DNA of 64,000 nt, taken from positions 20,103-84,102 of the IMG/VR virus record IMGVR_UViG_3300025122_000010, one strand, 5' to 3'. This stretch comes from a virus. The position numbers and the translations under genes were made by a program. Of the stretch, positions 1 to 10,420 are shown in pieces; the first letter of the stretch is position 1; the number at the start of each line of letters is the position of its first letter. A model generated the notes under the pieces. That model made no database searches. It had not been told where the DNA came from and saw only the letters and a list, made by a program, of their open reading frames with translations.

Positions 1-7
1 AAGAGAC

Positions 8-541
8 ATGACAGGTTGGAAAAATATTGGAGTCGATTCTGTAAAAGGCAATGTTGTTGATTATGTTACTGAAATGGGATTTGAAAAAATACCTTTAGAA
101 GATAGTAGTGTTGATCTTGTAGGTGCTTATGACGTGTTAGAGCACATACCAAAGCAAGTTTGTATGCTCGATGGTGATGAGCTGGTTAAGAAATTTCCAT
201 TAATCTTTCTAATGAATGACATATATAGAATATTAAAAGACGAAGGTGAGTTCCATATGGAGATTCCTTATTCAGATCAAGGCTATTATAGAGATCCAAC
301 TCATGTTACTAGATTATCTGAAGACTGGTATCATTACTTTCAGAATGAAGACAACTTGTATTATGATCAACGAATTGTAACTTGCAATTTCAAATTGAAG
401 AGTAGTAGTTTTAGAAGATATAAATGGAATGACAAAGATATAATGCGTAATGAATTGATAGCTGTTAAGAGTGTTAGTAGTAGTTCTATTGAAACACAAC
501 CAAAAATTTCTACTGAAGCAGACCACAAGCCTTTGATATGA
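8..541 (+). CDS. Class I SAM-dependent methyltransferase (may be 5'-truncated at the window edge)
   Basis: IPLEDSSVDLV..YDVLEH, RILKDEGEF and DPTH motifs typical of Methyltransf_11-like proteins. Confidence 0.75.
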   Translation: MTGWKNIGVDSVKGNVVDYVTEMGFEKIPLEDSSVDLVGAYDVLEHIPKQVCMLDGDELVKKFPLIFLMNDIYRILKDEGEFHMEIPYSDQGYYRDPTHVTRLSEDWYHYFQNEDNLYYDQRIVTCNFKLKSSSFRRYKWNDKDIMRNELIAVKSVSSSSIETQPKISTEADHKPLI

Positions 542-720
542 TTCTTTTTGATAAAGAAGTTTGGAGATATGGTAGATTATATATTGAATTAGATATAAGA
601 GACTGGAATGATCCACGTTGTATTTCAACATATTATGATGGATTTCATTATTGCATATTTTTTGGTCCTCTAGGAATTGATTTTCATACTGGCTATAGAT
701 TTGGAAAGGTATTTATATGA
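538..720 (+). CDS. Hypothetical protein
   Basis: ORF with ATGA overlaps to both neighbours. Confidence 0.6.
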   Translation: MILFDKEVWRYGRLYIELDIRDWNDPRCISTYYDGFHYCIFFGPLGIDFHTGYRFGKVFI

Positions 721-1682
721 AAATACTTGTAGTTCAGACACCTCATTATGATTTTTGTGCAGCAACTCTTATTGAAGGCTTAAATGATTTAGAAATTTCA
801 GGAGAAGTAGAAGAATTGTATTGCACAGAGTCTTCAAATTATGGAGCTAGTGGTTTCAAAGGAGAGCAAGCTGTATTAGATCTCTATAGTGCTAAACAAT
901 TTGCTAAAGACAAAGCTGACTTAGTTATAATAACGTCAAATAACGATGTCAAAGAAAGCATATTAGAAGACTTGGATAAATCTAAGTTTGTATATATAGA
1001 TGGAGAAGATGTATTTCAATACAAGAAGAATCCACATGATTTTGCTTTATATTTCAAGAGAGAACTAAGAAAAGAAGGGATGGTTATTCACCCAAACGTT
1101 AAACCCTTCCCATTTGCAGCTGAAAAAAGATATTTCAGATACAAGAACTGGCATGATAAGAAGTATACAGTATCTTGTATGTTCGGACCACATGATGCTA
1201 CAAAGCCCTGGAGAACTGAAATAGAAAAAGCACTGTCAGAAGCTAATTTAAAAGATTCTATAATTGGTGCAGTGTTTGGTGGTGCTCCCCTTTCTAGTAT
1301 AGACACAGGGAATAGAGATCACAGTAATTATTATGATGCATTGGCTTTATCAAAAATGTCTGTTGACGCTCATGGAGCTTACGAATGTAATTCTGGCAGA
1401 TATTGGGAATCATTAGCAAATTGCTGTTGTCTATTTACTAGGAAAAATTTGATAGATATGCCCTTCCCTTTTATTGATGGAGAGCATCTTATAGAATTCG
1501 AGACCCATGAAGAGCTAGTAGACAAAATCGGTTTCTATATAGACAATGCAAGTTGCATACAACATGAAATATATATAAAAAAGATAGCAAAAGCAGGCTA
1601 TCAACACTTAAAGACTCATCATACTACAAAAGCTAGAGCACAGTATCTATTGTCTGAATGTAAGAAAGTTGGAATAATATAG
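717..1682 (+). CDS. Glycosyltransferase (CgeB/Glyco_trans_1_2-like)
   Basis: C-terminal RYWESLA..C...FIDGEHLIEF...IAKAGYQH...HTTKARA pattern. Confidence 0.75.
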   Translation: MKILVVQTPHYDFCAATLIEGLNDLEISGEVEELYCTESSNYGASGFKGEQAVLDLYSAKQFAKDKADLVIITSNNDVKESILEDLDKSKFVYIDGEDVFQYKKNPHDFALYFKRELRKEGMVIHPNVKPFPFAAEKRYFRYKNWHDKKYTVSCMFGPHDATKPWRTEIEKALSEANLKDSIIGAVFGGAPLSSIDTGNRDHSNYYDALALSKMSVDAHGAYECNSGRYWESLANCCCLFTRKNLIDMPFPFIDGEHLIEFETHEELVDKIGFYIDNASCIQHEIYIKKIAKAGYQHLKTHHTTKARAQYLLSECKKVGII

Positions 1683-1693
1683 TAAAAACTGTA

Positions 1694-1701
1694 TATTTAT
1701 A
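1694..1701 (+). promoter_or_regulatory. Putative late promoter TATTTATA
   Basis: Intergenic octamer recurring at 28675 and 60923 (TATTTATT at 15353 and 48393) shortly before starts. Confidence 0.45.
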
Positions 1702-1729
1702 TAGACAATTGGATATCTGGAGAATATAG

Positions 1730-3826
1730 ATGAAATTGTATGAAGGTATTACACACATTGATGATCTTGAGATCAGTAAGTTTATGGATTTGGCAAGACG
1801 TATGCAAAACAAAGATGCGTCTATTGAGCTATCTACAAAATGGGATGGGAGTGCTAATCTAGGATTTGGGGTTGATGAAGAAGGAAACTTGTATTTTGAT
1901 AGAGCTGTAAAAGGACAAGCTGAAAGAAGAAGAAGTCCAAATGACTGGCCTAAAAAGCCAATGTTTAATGCCATACGATCTGCAGTTGCTGCAATGTTGA
2001 CAAAGAAGAAAGAAATAGAATCTTTGATGCAGCCTGGTGAATGGACAGATTCTGAAATCATGTTTGAAACTATACCCAATTCAATAGAGTATGGTGACAA
2101 CATGATTATTGTTCATGATGTAAAATACAACAAATTAGTGAAAGCTCTTAGGGCTGCAAAAGCTAAGATAGATCTGTATTTCTTCAATCCTAAAACTGGC
2201 AAGATCGGAAAGCAAACACAAGAAGTGCGTTATGTATTCGGCGGTAAAGAAGTTATACCAACTAAGAAATACCAGTTGTCTATAAATGCTGATATTGATA
2301 GACTAGAAGAGTTTCTATCAGAACCAAATGATGTATTTAAAAACATGTCAAACTTTGAAGTACTAGGAACTAGATCAGTAGGAAAAGATAAAGATAGGAT
2401 TGCAAAAGAGAAAGCTAGACTAGCTAAAGAGATAAAAACACAACAGCTTTCTATAAAAGATAAGTTGATTGACCAGATACTAAATAAGATTCCTGCATCT
2501 AAAGTAGCTCCTCCTCCAGTATTTGATGATCAAGGTAACAACGTCTCAGGTAGTTGGCCTGAAGGGATAGTCATTAAAGATTTAGATTCAGGTGATCTAA
2601 CTAAAGTTGTGTCTGTATTTCCAGAGATCAATAAGTTTCTTTGGCATTACAGAGAAATGGCAATGAGAGGAGCTGGGCCTGCTGGTAAGTTTGTTCCCGG
2701 TATAATGCAAGTTTTCAAAGACGATATAGGTGATAAAGCATTTGGTGTAAAGCAATTGAAAGTTGCAGGTGTAGCTTCATATATAAGAAAGAAATATCCA
2801 GGACAGCCTGCTAATGAGAAACTACTATTTTTCTTAAGAGACAAGAAATTCAAATTCAATAGAGCTAATCAAACAAAGAGCTTGTTTCTAAAAGCTGTCA
2901 AGAAAGCATTGACTGATCTGAATAGCTTGAGAAGAGAGTTTGAAACAGTTGGTAAGAAACAAACATTGAAAGTGCAAAAGGGCACATTCCAAAGAGTTGT
3001 ACAATATAGTCCAGTTCAAATTAGAAAAACATATGAGACTTTCATTACAGTAGAAGACGAATTGAAAGCAATGCTAAAGAAAGTACAGAATGCAACTGCC
3101 AAAACACCCGAAGGGCTAGCTGTCCAATTGCTAAGAATATATTTTGGTAGAGACAATATGAAAAAGATGAATGAAGACTATGATAGTATAATTAATAGAG
3201 TTAGAAACATAATCAAAGAGAGATATTTAACTGAAGCTGCTAAACGAACTAAGATTGGTATAATACTTGGTAGGTTCCAACCTCCACAAAAAATGCATAT
3301 TGAACTTATAGAAAGAGCTTTAAAAGAAAATGATCGTGTCTATGTATTTGTAGCTGGACAGGGCACAGACAAAAGAAATCCAATACCTCATCAACTTAGA
3401 GCAAATGTTCTTGAAAAATTTGTTAATGACAAAAGAGTTCAGATCTATGCTGCTAAAAGTGGATTTCTACCAGCACTGATTGATTCACATGCTGACTTGA
3501 ATAATGTGGGTTTGATCAATGCATATTGTGGTACAGATAGAAAACCAAAATTCTTAGACATGTTCAAGTATTTTGACCATGATGATATAAAAATAAAAAT
3601 CAACGTGTTAAAGAGAGATCCTGATTCTGTCAGTTCAACAAAAGTAAGAGATGCTATTGGAAATAGTGATTATGAATTATTCAAATCATTAATGCCAGTT
3701 AAGTTAAGTAATAAAGATGCAATGTCACTATTTAAGAAATATCAAAGATTTATTAAGCCCATAAAAAATGAAGCATACATCAGAAAACTTGCAAGATCTA
3801 TATTAGAAAGGACATTTTCTAAGTGA
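1730..3826 (+). CDS. Two-domain protein: N-terminal KWDG (ligase-fold-like) domain and C-terminal cytidylyltransferase-like domain
   Basis: STKWDGS near the N-terminus; GRFQPPQKMH (HxGH-like), DKRNPI, CGTDR and VSSTKVR in the C-terminal part. Confidence 0.7.
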   Translation: MKLYEGITHIDDLEISKFMDLARRMQNKDASIELSTKWDGSANLGFGVDEEGNLYFDRAVKGQAERRRSPNDWPKKPMFNAIRSAVAAMLTKKKEIESLMQPGEWTDSEIMFETIPNSIEYGDNMIIVHDVKYNKLVKALRAAKAKIDLYFFNPKTGKIGKQTQEVRYVFGGKEVIPTKKYQLSINADIDRLEEFLSEPNDVFKNMSNFEVLGTRSVGKDKDRIAKEKARLAKEIKTQQLSIKDKLIDQILNKIPASKVAPPPVFDDQGNNVSGSWPEGIVIKDLDSGDLTKVVSVFPEINKFLWHYREMAMRGAGPAGKFVPGIMQVFKDDIGDKAFGVKQLKVAGVASYIRKKYPGQPANEKLLFFLRDKKFKFNRANQTKSLFLKAVKKALTDLNSLRREFETVGKKQTLKVQKGTFQRVVQYSPVQIRKTYETFITVEDELKAMLKKVQNATAKTPEGLAVQLLRIYFGRDNMKKMNEDYDSIINRVRNIIKERYLTEAAKRTKIGIILGRFQPPQKMHIELIERALKENDRVYVFVAGQGTDKRNPIPHQLRANVLEKFVNDKRVQIYAAKSGFLPALIDSHADLNNVGLINAYCGTDRKPKFLDMFKYFDHDDIKIKINVLKRDPDSVSSTKVRDAIGNSDYELFKSLMPVKLSNKDAMSLFKKYQRFIKPIKNEAYIRKLARSILERTFSK

Positions 3827-3832
3827 AGTTTA

Positions 3833-4165
3833 TTGTTACATTTTCAATACGTAATAAAGGGAATGATTCATATAACAATCCCTGATTATGAAACACAAGT
3901 TGGATATAAAAGTCATCAACATGCTTTTGTATATCCTGATTTGTTTTTAGAGGATCACTTTAAGATATTTCTTACACAGCTTTATTTAGATATTGAATTG
4001 CATACTACTTTTATAAATCCAACTGTAAGTGGAGGAAAGGCTAAGCATCATTACTATTTATGTAGAAATTTAGAAATCTAATCTGATATTTTGCAAGTTG
4101 TGGCAGGCGATTACGATCTTAAAGCATTGTATCTGTTTGCTGTAGAAAGGGGAAACATAGGTTGA
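3833..4165 (+). pseudogene. Hypothetical protein interrupted by an in-frame TAA at 4079-4081
   Basis: The frame stays open after the TAA for 27 codons to a TGA overlapping the next start. Confidence 0.4.
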
Positions 4166-5394
4166 GCAAGATATTTGCACCACAGAGCAAAGTAATAGCA
4201 AATGTTGATAGAGCTTTAGAGTTAGTCAAAGGAGACAATCCACCACCAGTTCTAGTAGAAGTGGATCCTTCAAATGCATGCAATCACGGATGTCATTTCT
4301 GCATCAGTTCGTATATTCACTTACCCGAATCTAAAGGATTGAGAACTTATGATAAGTCTATAATGCCAAAAGAAACTCTTATGATGCTATGTAAAGACTT
4401 GGCTGACATGGAAGTAAGAGCTGTCAATTGGACAGGAGGTGGAGAACCAACAATTAATCCCGGATTGAAGGACACAATAGAATATTTAGGTAGAAGAAAT
4501 GTTAAGATGGGGATGTTTACGAATGGGACACTGTTAGAAAAACATAATTTGTACGAAACTATGCTTCAGTATATGTCTTGGATAAGAGTTTCAGTAGATG
4601 CTGGAGTCTCTGAAACGTATAACTCTATTAGAAGGACAGTTAAAAACAAGAGTGACTGGAGTGTAATGTTACATAATTTGAGGAATCTGTTAAAATTGAG
4701 AGGAAATGTAAAGATAGATAGAGCTTATGCTGCTATGCCAAGAAAATTAACGTTACCAACTATAGGTGTTGGTTTCGTCATTACTCCAGATAACTTTACA
4801 GAGATTATAGACTTTGCAAAAGTATTTTCAGAATATAGTGTAGACTACTGTCAATTCAAACCAGAGATTGTAAACCTAGAAAGAGAAGATGGAGTACAAA
4901 GAGGACTAGAGTTTTGGGAAAATAGAGTGATGCTTCTGTTAGAAGAAGTTAAAGTTATTCTAGGTGATAAGTATCAGATCAATGACTATAAGCTAGAAGA
5001 CTTAAAGAACGGTAATGATTTTGGACGAACTTATAAGAAATGCCTGAGTTCACAACTTCAACCCTGTATCGGTGCTGATGGTGAAGTCTATGTTTGTACG
5101 AATCTCAGGGGATACAAAGAATACTCTTATGGTAATATCAATGACAAGTCATTCAAAGAGATTTGGGAAGATGTAGAAACCAGGCAATCAGTAATGTATA
5201 GAATTGAAGAAGAAAAGTTTAAAAACTGTACTCAACTATGCAAGCCACACGAAAGCAACAAGATGATGTGGACGCTATATAATTTGTATAATTCTTTGGA
5301 ATCAAACTCTCAGAGAAGTCAATTTGAGAAATATATGCTAGAAGAAGCAATGCCTAGAACTAGAAAACAATTAACACATTATGAGTTTATATAA
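4162..5394 (+). CDS. Radical SAM protein with SPASM/twitch domain
   Basis: CNHGCHFC motif, TGGGEP, C-terminal C...IGADGEVYVC...GNI...IW...CxxxC. Confidence 0.9.
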   Translation: MSKIFAPQSKVIANVDRALELVKGDNPPPVLVEVDPSNACNHGCHFCISSYIHLPESKGLRTYDKSIMPKETLMMLCKDLADMEVRAVNWTGGGEPTINPGLKDTIEYLGRRNVKMGMFTNGTLLEKHNLYETMLQYMSWIRVSVDAGVSETYNSIRRTVKNKSDWSVMLHNLRNLLKLRGNVKIDRAYAAMPRKLTLPTIGVGFVITPDNFTEIIDFAKVFSEYSVDYCQFKPEIVNLEREDGVQRGLEFWENRVMLLLEEVKVILGDKYQINDYKLEDLKNGNDFGRTYKKCLSSQLQPCIGADGEVYVCTNLRGYKEYSYGNINDKSFKEIWEDVETRQSVMYRIEEEKFKNCTQLCKPHESNKMMWTLYNLYNSLESNSQRSQFEKYMLEEAMPRTRKQLTHYEFI

Positions 5395-5434
5395 TCGCAT
5401 AAATTGATTATACTAGTTTGAAAGGAGCAATGAA

Positions 5435-5593
5435 ATGAAAAGGTTTTTAGAAAGATTAGGTAGAGGATTTGCTAGCGAGTTTTTAACGCCTAATGAAGCA
5501 AAATTTGTTAGGTGGTATGATATATTGTGGTTGATAATTCCTATAGCTGGTATTGCTATGTTTGTTGCTGTAGTAGAAAGGAAAACAGCATGA
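5435..5593 (+). CDS. Small membrane protein (52 aa)
   Basis: AAGGAG RBS; MKRFLERLG...ILWLIIPIAGIAMFVAVV; ATGA overlap with the next gene. Confidence 0.55.
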   Translation: MKRFLERLGRGFASEFLTPNEAKFVRWYDILWLIIPIAGIAMFVAVVERKTA

Positions 5594-6195
5594 TATATAG
5601 TTCTATTACATGCGGTTCTAAAGATTTGGTAGTTATTGATAAATCTATAACTTGTAAAGTCATGTTGAAGGCTTTTATGAAAATAGAAGAGTTGATCAAT
5701 AACTCTGAGGATGTTGTTGAACATATTATGGTTATCATAGATTCTGAGGGAGGAGAAATAGAACCAGCATTTTTCTTGTATGACTATTTGTGTGATTTGA
5801 AAGACCGGGAAATCAATGTAGTTACTATGGCGATGGGAACTTGCAAGTCAGCAGCTGCACTAGTTTTTTCAGCTGGATCAGAAAGAGTTTGTGGACCTAA
5901 TACAACATTCATGATTCATGATATTGTGTTAACAATACCAGAAGAGAAAGCAACTAAAGAAGTGTTGTCGTATTCAGCTTATACAAATTATCAATCACAA
6001 AGATCTTTTGAGTTAATTGCAAAGTCTTTGAAACCCGAGTTTGATTTAGAATATATTGAAAATCAAGTTTCTGATAAAATCGAATGGTATTTTGATGGGA
6101 GGGGAGCACACACTTTAGGGTTGGCAACGGTTCTTTTTCGCGAGGAAGTGAGTAATGGCAAATCTACTGAGGCACAATGTACTAGTTCTGAATAA
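5590..6195 (+). CDS. ClpP-like serine protease
   Basis: IDSEGG, GTCKSAAALVFSAG, FMIH motifs; start reassigned to the ATG at 5590. Confidence 0.8.
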   Translation: MIYSSITCGSKDLVVIDKSITCKVMLKAFMKIEELINNSEDVVEHIMVIIDSEGGEIEPAFFLYDYLCDLKDREINVVTMAMGTCKSAAALVFSAGSERVCGPNTTFMIHDIVLTIPEEKATKEVLSYSAYTNYQSQRSFELIAKSLKPEFDLEYIENQVSDKIEWYFDGRGAHTLGLATVLFREEVSNGKSTEAQCTSSE

Positions 6196-6778
6196 ATACT
6201 GGATCCCAATTCACATAACAAGTGTGCGTGATGCTATAGGTTTAGTTTTTGTTGGTGCAGCAAAAGTGATTTCAACTTCTCAAATCGAAAATCTGCATGG
6301 AGAAGTTGTAGCTGAAGAGTTTGAAACATTGGACTATGACAACTGGGTTCTTGTCTCTGAATTTCTAGATACTGCAAAGTTCAATATTCTTAGCTCCGCA
6401 AAGTACAGACACTTCAAGCCTTGCGTCATCTCTCTGAATGGGTATGACGGGGTTCCAAAGTACGAGATCAGATTTTCAAGAACTTCTCTGTATGAAAGAG
6501 ATAGTGGCCAGTGTCAATACTGCGGAGCTAACCTAACTAAGACTCAAGCAACTATCGACCATATTACTCCTAAGTCTAGAGGTGGAAAGAACACTTGGGA
6601 CAACACTGTTCTTTGTTGCAAGAAGTGCAATGACAAGAAGGCTGACAAAACTCTGGGAGATGCTAAGATGAAATTGCTTAGCACACCAAAGAAGCCAACT
6701 TGGATTTCAACTAAGTTTGGTAGAACAAGAACAGTGAAGGAAAGAGAAGAGTGGAGTAAGTTCGTTAAATACGTATAG
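6155..6778 (+). CDS. HNH endonuclease
   Basis: RDSGQCQYCG, TIDHITPKSRGG, CKKCNDKK. Confidence 0.9.
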   Translation: MANLLRHNVLVLNKYWIPIHITSVRDAIGLVFVGAAKVISTSQIENLHGEVVAEEFETLDYDNWVLVSEFLDTAKFNILSSAKYRHFKPCVISLNGYDGVPKYEIRFSRTSLYERDSGQCQYCGANLTKTQATIDHITPKSRGGKNTWDNTVLCCKKCNDKKADKTLGDAKMKLLSTPKKPTWISTKFGRTRTVKEREEWSKFVKYV

Positions 6779-6788
6779 GAGAGATCTA

Positions 6789-7148
6789 TTGAATGAATTG
6801 ATTATTCAGATTATACTAGTAGCTATAATTTTTTCTAAGAATTTGTTCGATGCAGGAAGAGATCATACTTATTCTGATCCAGACTATAGACAGGGTAAAT
6901 ATTTAATATTCAGAGATAAATGGCATGCTATAAAAGTAGCTGCTTTCTATCCCTTGCAAGTTTTTGCTGTATTGTATTTTTTTCATCCCTATTTATGGTT
7001 ACCTATTGGTGGAGTCTCTTGGTATTTCTGGCAATTGGGTGAAAAAGTGTATGGTAAAACAGAGTGGGATAGTGCTGTTGATGATAGAGTCATAAATTTC
7101 TTTAAAACAATATTTAAAAGAGACAGGAAAAACAATGGGAAAAGTTAG
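6789..7148 (+). CDS. Hypothetical membrane protein
   Basis: Hydrophobic segments, GGAG RBS. Confidence 0.6.
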   Translation: MNELIIQIILVAIIFSKNLFDAGRDHTYSDPDYRQGKYLIFRDKWHAIKVAAFYPLQVFAVLYFFHPYLWLPIGGVSWYFWQLGEKVYGKTEWDSAVDDRVINFFKTIFKRDRKNNGKS

Positions 7149-7497
7149 AGTGTTAGCAGTTGATTTTGATGGAACATTAGCAACATATGGCTCAGGGCAG
7201 TGGCCTACAATTGGTAAACCAAAGAAGGAAGTCATAGATCGAGTTAAAGAGTATAAAGCTAATAATTGGCAAATAATTCTTTGGACTTGTAGAAGCGGTA
7301 AGTATTTAGAAGAAGCAGTTGATTGGTGTAAAAATCTTGGATTAGAATTTGACGCAGTTAACAAAAACACTGAAGTTATAGCTGAACGCGAAGCAACTAA
7401 TCAAGGAGTAAGTTCATCAGAGGAGTTGTCACCAAAGATCTATGCTACCTTTTATTTAGATGACAAAAACGCAACAATTGACGAGTTCATACGATGA
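7135..7497 (+). CDS. HAD-superfamily phosphatase
   Basis: VDFDGTL, ILWTCR, YLDDK. Confidence 0.85.
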   Translation: MGKVRVLAVDFDGTLATYGSGQWPTIGKPKKEVIDRVKEYKANNWQIILWTCRSGKYLEEAVDWCKNLGLEFDAVNKNTEVIAEREATNQGVSSSEELSPKIYATFYLDDKNATIDEFIR

Positions 7498-7925
7498 AGC
7501 TACAAGAAACAAAAAAGAAAAAGATCATAAGAGCAGGAGTCATCCCATTCTTCATAAAAGATAAAAAGCTAGAAATGTTGTTCATGAAACCTTCAGATCC
7601 AAAGTATGGTGGTGCGCAATGGCAGATAGCTAAAGGAGAGATTGATGAAGGTGAGGCTATCATCAAGGCAGCTCTTAGGGAGGGCAAAGAAGAGCTTGGC
7701 TTATTACGTAGTAACATAGATCAGTTGTTTTCTCTTGGCAGTTTTTGGAATGGCGCTTTTCATTTATTTGCCGTGACTGTTAAGAGTAAGAAGAAATTTG
7801 CTAAATTTGGTGAAGAAACCGGTGCAGTAAGATGGATGAATTGGGGTGAAATCTTTACAGAAGGGAGGAGAGAGCAAATCAAGCTAGTGTCAACAGCTTA
7901 TAAGGTAATAAAAGCAGGAGTTTAA
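7494..7925 (+). CDS. NUDIX hydrolase
   Basis: KGEIDEGE...AALREGKEELG Nudix box. Confidence 0.9.
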   Translation: MKLQETKKKKIIRAGVIPFFIKDKKLEMLFMKPSDPKYGGAQWQIAKGEIDEGEAIIKAALREGKEELGLLRSNIDQLFSLGSFWNGAFHLFAVTVKSKKKFAKFGEETGAVRWMNWGEIFTEGRREQIKLVSTAYKVIKAGV

Positions 7926-7997
7926 TTGAGGAACATAAGTGATTATAATATTTCGAGAGGTAAAAAAACTATCAAGGAGTAAAAAGGAGAAGAAAAA

Positions 7998-8891
7998 ATG
8001 AATTTGAATTTGGATAAGATCAAAGCTGCTTTAGATAAGTACGATAATCCACAAAGTGCAACAGGAGGTGGAAAAAACCAGTTTGGTGACAACCTTCTAA
8101 GGCTTAATCCTGCTAATGATGAGATTAGTACAGTCGTAAAGATTGTATCGAATAAGTTCAATCTTGAAGATCCATTCACTGAACTATATTTCCATTATGG
8201 TTTGCCTGGGCTTCAGTCTGCACTTTGCCCAAGAAAGATGCATAATGAACCATGTCCTGCTTGTGAATTTGGTTGGACAGTATTAGAGAAGTATAAGGAA
8301 ACTAGGATCGAGAAGGATAGGAAGCCACTTGATATTCTTATGCCTAATGTAAGAATATTTGTACCTGTCGTTGTAATGGAGGAGGAACAGAAGAAGACTA
8401 GGCTTTGGGGCTTTAGTCCAACAGTTCACAGGAAGCTTTTGAGTTGTATCGTTGAATTTGCTGAAGAAGGAATTGATATAACTGATCCTGAGAAGAGTCC
8501 TGAATTTAGAATCTCTGTAATTTCTAAAGCTAAGTCTAAGAAGTCGTTTAACACTATCGATATTGATCCTGTTAAGAAGGGCTTGTCTTACTCGATTACG
8601 AAGTTGGCTAATAAAGATGATGTTGCAGCAATCTTGGATTCATGCCCGAATGTTACAGATATTTACGAACCAAAGACACATGAAGAGATTTCAGAAGCTG
8701 TTGACAAGTATGCACAAGGCTCAGCTCCCAATACGACTACTTCGAGTACTGAAGAAGCTAGTACAGGGACTGAGAAGGATTATTCAAACGACAAAGAAGC
8801 CTCAGGTGAAGAAAGTGATTCGAGTGATAATTTGGAGAATTTGGCAGACAAATTCAGTAAAGCTATGAATGAAAGAGAAAGTGACGAATAA
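7998..8891 (+). CDS. Single-stranded DNA-binding protein (gp32-like)
   Basis: FHY..CP...CPACE Zn site, RLWGF, DITDP, acidic tail; directly upstream of recA. Confidence 0.75.
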   Translation: MNLNLDKIKAALDKYDNPQSATGGGKNQFGDNLLRLNPANDEISTVVKIVSNKFNLEDPFTELYFHYGLPGLQSALCPRKMHNEPCPACEFGWTVLEKYKETRIEKDRKPLDILMPNVRIFVPVVVMEEEQKKTRLWGFSPTVHRKLLSCIVEFAEEGIDITDPEKSPEFRISVISKAKSKKSFNTIDIDPVKKGLSYSITKLANKDDVAAILDSCPNVTDIYEPKTHEEISEAVDKYAQGSAPNTTTSSTEEASTGTEKDYSNDKEASGEESDSSDNLENLADKFSKAMNERESDE

Positions 8892-8894
8892 TCA

Positions 8895-10052
8895 ATGGCG
8901 AAAAGAAGTGTAGTAATATCCGACGACAAAGGTAGTACAGATAACAAACCATCATTGTTCAATGACATGTTGATTGATGCACTAAAGAGCGATGTTGGTG
9001 GTTCATCTTTTATACTAGGTAGAGATGATTCTCCATCAGATGTAAAAGAGTGGATAAGTACTGGCAACACTGTATTGGATATGTGTATTTCAAACAACCC
9101 TAATTCTGACGGCGGTATACCAGTAGGGAGATTAACAGAGCTTCATGGTGATTCAAGTACTGGTAAGTCTCTTCTTGGCTACACTATATTGAAGAACTGT
9201 GCAGAAAAAGGTGGTGTTTCGGTATTACTAGATACTGAAAATTCAGCCAATGAAGAGTTCATGAAGATGTTGGGTTTGAAGCCTGAAGAGAACTTGGTGT
9301 ATTCTGTTCCTGACACTGTAGAAGATGTGTTCAAGTCTATTGAAACTATAATAAGAACTACAAGAAAATCTGACAAAGGTAGACTTGTAACTATAGTATG
9401 GGACAGTGTTGCAGCAACAAGCACAAAGAAAGAAATGGAAGAAGATGTTGGGCAAGCAAATGTGGCTCTTGTAGCAAGGACTATTGGACAAGGAATGCGA
9501 AAGATTAAGAGATTGCTAGGACATGAAAGAATTGCCCTAATATTCCTAAACCAGTTGAGATCAAAAATAGGAGTTGTCTTTGGTGACCCATATACTACTC
9601 CTGGTGGAAATGCAATCCCATTTTTTGCTGACGTCAGAATTAGGTTGTACACTGCTGGAAAAATCACTGTTGCGAAAGATGTCATAGGAATTACAACAAA
9701 AGCAAAAGTGATTAAGACTAGGTTTGGTCCACCGTTTAGAGAAGCAATGCTTAAAGTATATTTTGATAGAGGTCTTGTTCAAGAAGAGTCTTGGGAAGAG
9801 TACTTGAAAACAAAGAAATTCATAACTTCAGTCAGTGGAACAAGAAACTTTAAATTGAAGTTAGATGGGTCAGATGAAGCACATGAGTATAAGGGAAAAG
9901 AATTTGTAGAGTTTATAAGAAGCAATCCTGAGCTTAAAAGTAAGATAGAACAGATGATAAGGACCGATCTGTATGTCGAACAAGACCCAAGTAAAAGAGA
10001 GGAGGAAGAGAGCATAGAAGAGTTTACTGATGATGAAGTTGCCAACATTTAA
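8895..10052 (+). CDS. recA: RecA/UvsX recombinase
   Basis: GDSSTGKS Walker A, IVWDSVAA, FLNQLR, TPGGNAIPF. Confidence 0.92.
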   Translation: MAKRSVVISDDKGSTDNKPSLFNDMLIDALKSDVGGSSFILGRDDSPSDVKEWISTGNTVLDMCISNNPNSDGGIPVGRLTELHGDSSTGKSLLGYTILKNCAEKGGVSVLLDTENSANEEFMKMLGLKPEENLVYSVPDTVEDVFKSIETIIRTTRKSDKGRLVTIVWDSVAATSTKKEMEEDVGQANVALVARTIGQGMRKIKRLLGHERIALIFLNQLRSKIGVVFGDPYTTPGGNAIPFFADVRIRLYTAGKITVAKDVIGITTKAKVIKTRFGPPFREAMLKVYFDRGLVQEESWEEYLKTKKFITSVSGTRNFKLKLDGSDEAHEYKGKEFVEFIRSNPELKSKIEQMIRTDLYVEQDPSKREEEESIEEFTDDEVANI

Positions 10053-10112
10053 AGTATTGAAGTTGCGGTAAAAAAACCAAACGAAGTTTATATTTAATCT
10101 ACAAGGAGGAAG

Positions 10113-10358
10113 TTGATTATGCCTAATCCACATCTAACAAATGAAGTTGTTAACGCAGTTCAGACTCTTCAAGAGTATATTGAGAGTCAAAACAAGTCCA
10201 AGCGATCTGCAGCACAAAACAGGTCAACGGATTGGACTGGCGACGAAAGCAAGGACAGAATTAGATATTACGATACAAATATCGAAGCATTGAGAAATGT
10301 CCTTGCCGGTCATTCAGTATTTTCAAGTAACGGATGGTTGGAGGGCTTGCGATTCTAG
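10113..10358 (+). CDS. Hypothetical protein
   Basis: ORF with GGAG RBS followed by a hairpin. Confidence 0.6.
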   Translation: MIMPNPHLTNEVVNAVQTLQEYIESQNKSKRSAAQNRSTDWTGDESKDRIRYYDTNIEALRNVLAGHSVFSSNGWLEGLRF

Positions 10359-10380
10359 CAGTATACAGAAACTAGATCAC

Positions 10381-10420
10381 AAGGCCCTCTAAACTAGATT
10401 TAGAGGGCCTTATTACTTTT
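10381..10420 (+). terminator. Intrinsic terminator
   Basis: 13-bp inverted repeat AAGGCCCTCTAAA/TTTAGAGGGCCTT followed by a T-rich tail. Confidence 0.7.
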
